A stretch of 64,000 nt of DNA from Tubulanus polymorphus (taxonomy: Eukaryota > Animalia > Nemertea): assembly GCF_964204645.1 (NCBI RefSeq), contig NC_134033.1, forward strand, positions 13,028,655 through 13,092,654, read 5' to 3'. Below the pieces are notes generated by a model, which was not told where the DNA came from, ran no database searches, and was given only the letters and a program-made list of their open reading frames with translations. This document shows positions 53,281 to 64,000 of this stretch, in pieces (within the stretch, counting starts at the first letter, position 1; each line of letters opens with the position of its first letter). The translations under genes and the position numbers were made by a program.

Positions 53281-56139
53281 TACATATTTAGGACTTCCGA
53301 GTTTTGGCGATGCTAATTAGGGATGGTCTTCGAAAAACGGACAGAAAATAAATTGTTATATCATCAATCGTTATATCAGTCGAATTAGGAGATTATTTCA
53401 TATTTTGTTCATTAACTCTCCTTATTATTCTTCAATACTGTTGTTTTTTTCCACAATTTGAATTATACAATCACTTGTCCAAGGAAACCTACCTGCAGTA
53501 TTTATGTATTCGGGAAGCCATTGTTTTTTTTTTCTTCGATATGTACGGCTAATTATTCGTCGGCTCCGCGCTGGTCTCCGCGCGACCTTGCTACCGCTTG
53601 AATTACTCGCGATCGATCATTATATCTGTGTTATCGAATGATCAATCGATCGATTGATTATTGATTATCGACGAACGATCGGTCATCCGGTAATAGATCG
53701 CAATCCGGGTTCCGGTAAGCTTCTTGTTTTAATTGATGTCAGTCAATTGATGCGACGCGCTCGCGTACGGATACCAATACATAAGCATCGATATTAGATC
53801 TATTCACTGATACGATACCAATACGCCGTGTATAGTAGGCTTTTATTTGATTACGAAAAAAAGTTCATTAGAAAACTGGCTCAAAGAGTTATACCCTCGG
53901 TGTATTAGTAAAAAACCATAGCACGACAATGTTTTCCATATTCATATGAAATTGGTTTGGAAAGAATGGTTTAATTTGACACTGGACTGAGTTGCACAGT
54001 TGCGTGTGTTTAATTTGACTCTGGATGCAGTTTCACAGTGACGTGGGGTTCGACTATTATCGTAGATTTGTCGAATGAATGTTCTCAAAAAAATCACGTA
54101 GATAACATAGATTGGAGTAATCATTTGATTATTTTTCAAGCTAATGATTACTCCAAGGATGAACTGATTCTACCACAATTGCAGTTCAAGACTAATCAAA
54201 AAATATCAAAAAAATGTTTGCCATTGAAGAACGCAGAAGTTTATATAGCTACGCTGAGCTCAGTTGATGTTTTTGTGTTACCCACTTTTCTCACGTGGGC
54301 ATATACAATATTATCTTCTAATCGCTGGTATTGTTAGTTTTCGGTTTCAGTTTTTTTGTGCGCAACTTAACCGTTTTTCCGTTTGTTTTCTTTGCAGGTA
54401 AGAAAAAAGAATAAGAGAATTTGTGCGTTGTTTGATAGTACATTGTGTATATAACAGTTATATCTATTTGTCTCGGCAATCTTGGGTAATGTATGGTAGA
54501 TTCAGCTAGAATATTTAACAATTCCAATATTCGCAGTCCCCACATTACTGGGGACTCAGGAAAAACTTGGGTGGAAATTACATTTCTAGGTTTGGAAATA
54601 TTTGGGAATTTAATGAACTTCCTGCTGATCCGGGAAATATTTGGGAAATTAATTTTACACACTTCAGGTAGCAGAGTTATGGGATGTCAATAGCTTGCAC
54701 TTAAGCGACTTTCTTCAGCAATTGTCTTTGAAAAATTGCCTTAACTAGTCAGTCCCTGCTTATATGTCGCCATCCCTATGGTATGATGGTACAGAGGCCC
54801 CATTCGGGAAGAACTTGGGAATTTTGAATTCATGTAACTGTGGGAACAGTGTAAGAGACCTCAAGAGACCTGACTAACTACTATGTTTTTCTATGAAATT
54901 CCCCCCTTTGTGATCGCCAGAGGCGTCTGCTGCTGCTGCTGCTGCTTCTTCTTCTTCTTCTATACAACGAACATTTCTATCTTCGAAGTTGAAGCCTGAT
55001 ACCTGAACAATAGTGTGATTTATCTTTAATTAGCTTAAAGATAATAACACAAGTGTAGTAGTTCAATTTGAATAACACGCTGTCGACTCCGGGAGCAACA
55101 TCCTCGTACGTATTTTTTGACGTCGGTATTTTGAACGATGATGGAAATATTCGAAATTCTTGTTACAACAACGCGTTTTTAAGCCGTCGTCGTGATTGAG
55201 TACGAGCTAGAATCGTGTTATAGTTGATCGGCGATGTCTGTCGAACTCTTCCCTCAAACCGGTGTTACTGTCTTGTCGGCTCCTTTTCCCACCACCGAAG
55301 AACAAGAAATAATAAATCACGAAGCGAAGTGAAGATTTTTTTGCCTTAAGTACGCGTTTTAAGTGTTAGAATGTAATAGAACCAAGTGAAATATCTGCGA
55401 CCACAGAACTAACGCAATATCATCAGTTGGAACCCAATATTGCTGATCGTTGCATTGAGGAGAAATAAAGATTTGTAGGCCAAATTGTTTTCACAGCATT
55501 GTTGGTGAGAGAGAGAGAGAGAGAGAGGGGGGGAGCGGAAGAAGTTTGCGAGGTCTGAATGAGAAGCAAGGCTCAATTTTTACAATTCTAGAGAGTGTCT
55601 TACTGGGATATGAGATCTTCTTTTGTCAGTATTCCACGTCGTCGCAGTTTGGTGCTATTCCAGTTTGCCTTCGATTTATGTTTATACTCAGTAGACACGG
55701 TGAAGAATTAAATCAAACATCTTCAAATTAATGGTAATATCAGAAATATCTTGTATCCTGTCAGGATAGTCGCATTTCAATCTTTATTATCCCAACAAAA
55801 AATCCGGTACACTCGGGAAGCCAGGATAGTGTCAAAATTGAGCCCTGAGAGGGAGAGTTAGAGTAAGGTCTCAAAAAGCGGGTGTGAGATTGGGGAGAGT
55901 GTATTAGATGAAAGAGCCCGGGAGATTGAGAGATCAGGTATGTGTGATGAAATGATGTATTTCTACCCATATGAGGGAAGAGGGAGTCATTAGATGAATG
56001 ACCATCTCATTTACTGTCATTCATTATAGTACCTATCGCTGTAGCACCAGCTGTATCAGTCATCAGTATAGTCATTACATCTTATCTGATTATTCTTGAT
56101 AGTGAGTCTCTATAATAAGTCTTTTCATTGATAAAGATT

Positions 56140-56560
56140 CATTTCCACCGTATTTTGCACGCTTGACCACAGGGATTGAACCTGTGCTGTCTCACAAGTG
56201 GCCTTGTGAGTCTCTGCGAAAGATGAGAAATGCTCCTCAAAGTATCACTTTTCATCAAGCTATAAACATCGTTGAGGTATTCATAATCAAGCTCATTTTG
56301 GGGTTTGAGTGCAACTGGAGATACGCATCCCATATTTTGTTTAGTCACCCACCAATTATATACACTTTTCCATGTATGGTTAGTTCTTTTTCTTCAGCGA
56401 CAAAAGTTGCCTTACCGGACACTATGACTATAAGCGTTGATACCGTTTGGTTCAAATCTTTGATGCTAGAAAAGCGCATAAGCCCCCAAAAAAGTGTACT
56501 AAACGTCCTATAAATCACCGGAAAAGCTCCGCACACCGCGGGGATCAAGGCATAAAGCCT
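56140..56560 (-). pseudogene. Possible decayed tyrosine-recombinase (DIRS/Crypton-like) fragment
   Basis: IYRTFSTLFWGLMRFSSIKDL resembles the YR box-I pattern (F.G..R.S...L). The frame is broken by a stop or frameshift. Confidence 0.25.
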
Positions 56561-58440
56561 CTACATCGCTGTTTAAGGCACGATTTGGCAACTATTGTTC
56601 CTTTGAAGTGCACTCGGTGATCTGAATTAAGGACGTTTTTACCTCGACGTTCTGATACCCTGGCATTAGCCGAACACACTCAAGCATTACCTGTTAGAAT
56701 GATAACAAAGTATAGCATAACAAATGCCGGCTTTTTTCTCTTTTCGCTCTAGATATACGAACTATTCTCTTTCTATCATTGCGACTCATCTCCCTTTGTA
56801 TCTTTACCGTTACTTGTTCTCGGCTATTATCATTAAAAAACCGAGGCGCTCGTAAAGCGAAGCGAGCCGCGCGCGTGAATCTATTTTCGGTCTTTGTTTT
56901 TCATGTCACGTTTCGCCCGATGAATATACGCGTCGCTATTTCCTTATTCGTAATATCTCGGCGCGATCAGGCTTGAAGACTCGGGAACGGCTGGACCGCC
57001 GCGTGCGTGCGAATGCGGAGATCCCGAGAAATTGAAAGGTCATGGCGAAACCTTCGTAAAAATTGTTTTTTCACTTCTGCGCATCGCGTCGCTAAGCAAT
57101 TATCATATATGAGCTAAATAAACTCGCTCGAATATTCGTGTGTATCTATCCCTTTCAAACGCGATCTGTAAATGTTATTTCGTATGTACCGGCGTGATGC
57201 CCCAGGATGTCGGTGACATTTTCTTTGTCGTCCTTCCTCTTCGCATTTTTTCTTTTGTTCAAGATGAATGATAACTGCTGCTCTGGAACAACACCGTATC
57301 TCTTTACGTAGGCATAAACATAGGCGAATATAGATCAACAACAGCGTCCACCCGAGGGTCTAGCCTACCCCTTATAAATATTCATAATCCACTCAAATTC
57401 AAAGCTACTGAGATGAGACTTGGCAAACTATTCGCCCCGGGGACAAGCCCACCTCTCTCTCTCTGCTAGATATCGACTTCATGACGGATGTACGTAGCTG
57501 AGGGATCCGTTACGTGTTGATGTGACGATGCTGAAGCTGGACATTTTTACATCGTCAAAAATTAACAGGGTCGAACACGACCCCGGGCATAGATAGCCGC
57601 CTACTCGGTGTTGTTATCAGAGAATTGGAGATCCATTAGGAAATTCTCGCAAGTCGGTGACATATCTTATTTATAAGTATGTTCGATGTGTGTAGGTTTC
57701 TTTTTTTTAAGTAGGGAAGGTGTCGACGATCTCTCCGGTGCGTAGGAGTTATCGTCGCATATCTTCAAACTGCATTATCCATTTTTTTCGCCGGAGATCT
57801 TCATTTTACGAGATGGAAGTCAGGAACGATTACACGTAAGGGGAATCACAAACGAACACGTTCATTTTCTGATGTAAATCATGCATTTACTTGTAAAACT
57901 TGATTGATTGGGTCCAATTCGACCCATATGTTAGGAACTGGGCCAAACATTGGTAAATGTTCATCTACAGTCAATGTTCGTCATAACGCCAACATTTTTA
58001 AGGGGACAATTTTGACCAATTTAACTCAAATCCAATGAAAATACCATTCTTAATACCAATTTCGTGATGATGCCATGTTTTCTATCGGTCCCAACACTGG
58101 CAATATTAAGGACTTTTAACTGTTTATCCAAAGTCGTATTGAATGCACAGCACAATTTGAATTCGATGCACAACTGTGGAACTTCACACCGGGTGTAACC
58201 GAGTTCGGATTTACGATGATAAATGCCAGACTCGTTAGTTCTAATTGTCAGACTCTTTTGACTGACAGGAAATTATTTTCACTGTGCAGCGGAAATCTAA
58301 TGTGGTACACTGAGTGAACGTAAGTGCCGTGGTTTCGTCATATTCGTTACGCTATCTTCCGCTCAACAAACCGACATACGAATTAGTTACGGATGGTTTC
58401 ACCGATTTCTCTGCTAAATTCTCGTAAAAATGACCGCATT

Positions 58441-59160
58441 GTTTGACAGTCTAGTAGGCTGTAGCAGTCTAGTAGCTGTGTCTATCAGACTGCTTGTTTG
58501 ACAGTCTAGTAGGCTGTAGCAGTCTAGTAGCTGTGTCTATCAGACTGCTTGTTTGACAGTCTAGTAGGCTGTAGCAGTATAGTAGCTGTGTCTTATCAGA
58601 CTGCTTGTTTGACAGTCTAGTAGGCTGTAGCAGTCTAGTAGCTGTGTCTATCAGACTGCTTGTTTGACAGTCTAGTAGGCTGTAGCAGTCTAGTAGCTGT
58701 GTCTATCAGACTGCTTGTTTGACAGTCTAGTAGGCTGTAGCAGTCTAGTAACTGTGTCTATCAGACTGCTTGTTTGACAGTCTAGTAGGCTGTAGCAGTC
58801 TAGTAACTGTGTCTATCAGACTGCTTGTTTGACAGTCTAGTAGGCTGTAGCAGTCTAGTAGCTGTGTCTTATCAGACTGCTTGTTTGACAGTCTAGTAGG
58901 CTGTAGCAGTCTAGTAGCTGTGTCTATCAGACTGCTTGTTTGATAGTCTAGTAGGCTGTAGCAGTCTAGTAGCTGTGTCTTATCAGACTGCTTGTTTGAC
59001 AGTCTAGTAGGCTGTAGCAGTCTAGTAGCTGTGTCTTATCAGACTGCTTGTTTGACAGTCTAGTAGGCTGTAGCAGTCTAGTAGCTGTGTCTATCAGACT
59101 GCTTGTTTGACAAGCTAGTAGGCTGTAGCAGTCTAGCAACTGTGTCTATCAGACTTGTTT
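58441..59160. repeat. Minisatellite, 55-56-bp unit, about 13 copies, decaying into related sequence to about 59650
   Basis: gtttgacagtctagtaggctgtagcagtctagtagctgtgtctatcagactgctt. Confidence 0.97.
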
Positions 59161-62100
59161 AGCAGGATGCTCGGCTAGTCTATCAGGCTGTCTATCTAGC
59201 AGGTTGCTTGTGTAGCAGGCTGTTCATCTATCAGACTGCTTCTCTATCAGACTGCTTGGCTTGTCTATCAGGCTGCTTAGCTTGTCTACTGGGATGCTCC
59301 GCTCATCTAGCTTTGTCTAGTCTATCTGGCTGCTCGCGTGTCAGGCTGTTGATCTATCAGCTTCTTCACCAGGATGCTTGGCTTGTCTTTCAGGATGTTT
59401 GGCTCATCTAGCTTTGTCTAGTCTATCTGACTGCTTGTGGCAGGCTTTGTCTAGTCTATCTGGCTGCATGTAGCAGGCTTTGTTTAATCTATCTGGGCTG
59501 GGCGTAACAGGCTGTTCTTCTCTCAGATCACTGGTTTAGCAGGCTGTTGGTTGATCAGACTGCTTGCCTTGTCTATCAGCCTGCTTATCTTGCAGACATC
59601 TTGTTTAGCAGTCCACTCATCTTTGACTGGTGCCTTCTATCAGACCACTGTCTTTCGGAATGTTTTTCTACAAGACTGCTGGTCTAGCAATTCTTCTCGA
59701 ACTATCGCTGTTAGTTCTAAAGCCAAAAATAAACTGCATGAGAAGTTGGACGGTAGAATTCCCAAATGAGTAGTAGCGCTGAGATTTACGGTCACATGTC
59801 GTTGATATTACTCGATATTGTATGCTAATCCACGTAGTTGTAGTCGGTAGTTAGATATACGTTTTCCTCTAGTCCTCTCTCTCTCTCTCTCTCTGCGGCT
59901 CTCATTTGTTGGTATTACCGATGAAAAAAACATAACGCTAACAGCTCGGTCGTAAACCACTCCGTCGTTAAACCACTCGGCAATTACGCCGTAAAAATTC
60001 ATTGGTCACTCGGGGAAATGGCCGTAATAAGCATTGACGTGTAGCAATGAACTAAACACTCATCAGTACCGGTGAATGTATATAGGTTTTTCTTGAAGCT
60101 CTTATCGCCGTGTTAATCCTCTCGCTGCCCTTATATCCGGTGTGGTGGTATGTCCAATTTGCGTAATTGAAATGCCGCAGGGGTATATGGTGTATATTGC
60201 TACCGGGGGTTTAGCCTGGGTTTACCGGTATCTACGTATATTTCAATGCTTTTCTTTTAGTATGTACGTCTGCTGCAGGGTAACTGGAGTAATGCGGTGT
60301 GGCAAGCAAGGATTTGAGGATAATCCGCCAGGATCCATAGTGGTACTGGGTTACCGTGCTTCAATTTCCTTCTATATTTCAATTTAAATTCGAGTAAAAG
60401 TTGTCATAAGTAAATCATTTCAGTGAAATCTATACCATATGCCTAGTGAGAAAGTCAATCCAATATCTATTCGATGACTCATTTGCTAATTTTTGTATTT
60501 GAAAGGCTAAAAATCAAGTTCAAATCTCATTGAAAATGAGTGGATTTTCCTTACAATCTTGTTGTGCCATCTGTTGATTACCTGAACAGGGTGGCGTTGG
60601 GATTTGTATTTATATCACTGACCGTTCATATAGCGACTCAATGGGAAAGGGTTAAATCATTATTACAATCAGTTTCGTTGTTTTTTATTTTCGCTCGCGA
60701 CTAGGAGTGGTTTATAACAAGGTAGCAGCGGATTATATATCGTCGGCACGGAAATGACATTATAAACCGCGCAACGGATATACGTGAATATCGCGTGCAT
60801 GCGAACCGATGTAACGCACCTTTTCATGTCGCCGGCACGTTTTTTCGCGTCCTCTTCGAAACGAACGAACGAAACAATCTACTTAAATGAGCGCGACTCG
60901 AGAGATAGCGACTGAAACGTAAATGTAATTACGCAAGAAACACCGGCAGACGCTACAATTTGATTATCCTTTCATATTTCCTATTGAGAGCTTCACGTAA
61001 GTGCTGCTGCTGGTACGCTTGTGTCCATCACGATTATCAAAAAAAAAAAGCTCATTGCGGAAGTTCGTCTGCTGTTTCAAACACTTCGCTATTCATATTT
61101 TTTTTCAATGCAAGTTTTTCCGACCTAATTGCACTCGCCCACATGCTCAGACATCATTGCTGGGTGGTTTGAGAAGTTGACTCCAGGCGCAGTCTTCGTT
61201 ATGTTTGTAGTGGAGGAGGAAATTGGAAGAGCCAAAGGCCAATACGGCTAATATCTTCCTGTCACAGCGTTCTAGATTTTCTGTACCGGTATTTGTAACA
61301 CTCCTTTGTGTCAGAGAAATTATACCGATACTGATTCGATCATTGTTTTCACATTTTATAGTGATTTCACCGATGAACCTTTCAATTTTTATCGACAGAG
61401 CTTTTCAGAGGTGTTGCATCTACAAATTGTCATATCCTCCCTCGAATAGGATTTGATCCCAATTGCATCGAGAATACCTGGGTATCTTTGCAACACAGTG
61501 ACACTAGAATATGCGCACCCAATTAGATATCCGGTTGCATATTTGCCCTTCTATAGAAACGAAACACCATTTTTTATTGGACAATGGTGATGCCGTATCA
61601 AGTTTGGCATTGGAATGTTTCGTACACATTCTCGACTCCATGAGTTCCAAATCTCTGTAAGGGTAAACGCAATGACGTCTGCGAATTAGGGCCGTTTATT
61701 CATTCACTAATTTTCTTGCATTTTTTCATCGCTGTCAGTGAAACATGCGGTTTATATGTGCGCGCACGCACGGGCTCCTCGTTTGTTTCATCTTGCGCTC
61801 GCTCGTTCGTTCGGAGATCAAGGAAAATATAATTCGCGGCGAGCTTCGTAATTGACGGAGCAATTATCCGTCGGATGCGGGCGATGTTGACGCTTGGTCG
61901 ATTCATGCGTATTCATCGGGTCGTCGTTCTACACGCGGATCCCGGCGCGGTCGCGCTATGCGTCGCACGGAAGAACGAGGTCGCGTACATCCATCGGGAT
62001 CGGCGTTTTTGAAAGTAGACGAGCGCGGGGGTGTATTGGGGGCGGGTCGTCGCTGTAAATTCTCATGAGATGTTGTCGAATCGCGTCCAATTACTAAACG

Positions 62101-64000
62101 CTTCGATTGTCAACAATTGTCGATATTCCGCTTTTAGAATAATTGGTTATTTTCTGAAAAAATGCTCGGGCAATCGTGTATATGTAGTTCAGACTGGCTG
62201 TTCTCGATTCTCGACACTTTTTTGCCGAATAGAAACTGATTTGATCCCAACTGTTCTTGATAATCTACACTTATTTGATCCTTATGAAGAAAAAAAAGCA
62301 GTTGCAATTCGTAGCAAATAGGTCCTGTGCCGGAGTCACGCTCTCTCTCTTCCTCTACCCTCTTTACTACCCCTATCTTCCTCTCCGTCTCTCCTAGGTA
62401 CATCCTATACCTCTTTTTATTCGTCGCTCTTTGCTTATTTTTTCGCTCACCTCATTCACATTACCGTCACTAACTAGCTCGTGAGAACGTATTTCGAAGA
62501 AAATTGCAGCGACGCATGAGTAAGGAATTGAAAATGAAAAATCCACCCATCAGCGCTATTACTACGCCGTTAATACCTTCTGCATTTGTCGTAGAGACAT
62601 TCAGTGATTTGTAGCCAGACGAAGGCGAACTGTGAATGTTATCAGATATTATCAGTTAAACCTTTTTTCATGTAGAATTTCCCGGTCTTACTTAACAGTA
62701 CATTTCCTTCATCATAGCCGCGATCACATAAGTGTTTTTGACCCCTGCCAAATATTACCAGGAACAACCGCTGAAATGAATGCCATATGAGCCCATGCCT
62801 ATTTGGCCCGGGCTAAATTTGTCCCACAAAAATCGAGGTCTGCGCCAAATCTACAATGGTTTACATGCTCTCTTATTATGCGGGGGCCAAATTTGTCTCT
62901 GTCCTGATCCGTGCCAATTTGACGCAGGCCAAATCGTCTCCTTGTGATCACAGCTCATATTTGCAATCATGTATCGGAATAAGGAAACTTGAATTGAAGT
63001 TGAATTGATACTGGCCTCAGTTCTCATATTGGTAGGATTTGAATCTTGATGAATGACTTGAATTGAATCAACAATCACTTGACTTATCTTAATGTTATAT
63101 CATAAGAATCATTGTGTGAGTACTTCCGTCCGTCCTCGGGGACCGTGCTCAAAAGAAAGTCTTCTTGTCACGATGGCCAGTGATGTGCATGCCTACTCTC
63201 TGAGAGAGGTTCCGGTTTGTCTCCGGAGGTTTAAGATGGAGCTGTAATTTAGTGTGTACCCCTCATGTTTACTCGTAATACACACAGGATCCTAACACTA
63301 TAATTAGCTACGTGACCATTCTTAGTACAGTGATCACAACCACATAGTCACCGGGGGACGCAGGGCACTGCTGTTACAACACACTCTTCCGATATAGCTA
63401 GGGCTATGTTCTTTTCATCGTTGACCTATAGCATTTTTTAAACAAGCCCTTTAGCTGTATAGATCTGTTTAAAAGTTAAATTGGCTTAGACTTAGTGCAC
63501 TTAATATTTAGGTGTTATCTAGGATAATGGTTAATTGTGGGTACATTAAGTAAAACGTTCTATTTTGTCGGATGATATTAGTCTTCCGTCTGCTGTTCAT
63601 ATCTCTTTACCCCAATACAAACCCTCTACCCCTGATGGAAGCGAATCTCTGAAATCGGAGTGTAAAATATAGATGACTGAATTTACAGAATTTTCGATTT
63701 TAATCTGAGTACATAGTGGAAATTCCTATTCTGGTTTGGGTAAAAGAAATATTGCAGAAAAGTTTGTAAAATTTCAATTGGAATTGAAGCAAGGGGACAG
63801 AACCTGGTGGTGGATCCTCACTTGCCACCGCGCCGTTAATTCAAGGTCTACGTTAGATATATTTTTGTACTCTACTGCAACGCCATTGAACGTATTTCGT
63901 CGCAATAATTTCCATTACGTTTGCTTTCCTGACGGCAGCGACTGAGATTGGTAAGATTCTATTATCGACAGGACGCGTGGAAACAGTGGAAACGGTGGAA

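Larger units (their letters stand above)
14966..64000 (+). other. PSMD1: Very large PSMD1 intron hosting the antisense 5-HT2 receptor gene
   Basis: The next expected PSMD1 peptide (TPEQCPSVVSLL-like) was not found in the remaining sequence. The preceding 11 introns are all under 2.5 kb. Confidence 0.7.

Overview
Animal (invertebrate, probably lophotrochozoan; taxon inferred) genomic DNA with spliceosomal GT-AG genes. Four genes are visible. (1) An intron-free 468-aa CDS (2497-3903, +) carries the motif set of the bacterial PP-loop epimerase MurL and sits behind an apparent spliced 5'UTR. (2) A two-exon gene (5274-4757, -) encodes a 76-aa secreted, acidic peptide with four CxxxC motifs. (3) The first 12 coding exons of the 26S proteasome subunit PSMD1/Rpn2 (6185-14965, +) are followed by an intron that appears to run past the window end (>49 kb). 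(4) A two-exon 911-aa 5-HT2-type serotonin receptor (34853-17878, -) is nested antisense inside that intron, the same arrangement known for vertebrate HTR2B within PSMD1. The rest is non-coding: MITE-like inverted repeats, a hammerhead-like Penelope-type remnant, tRNA-derived SINE heads, mini- and microsatellites, and CpG-rich blocks. All calls come from reading motifs and splice phases by eye; no database searches were run.
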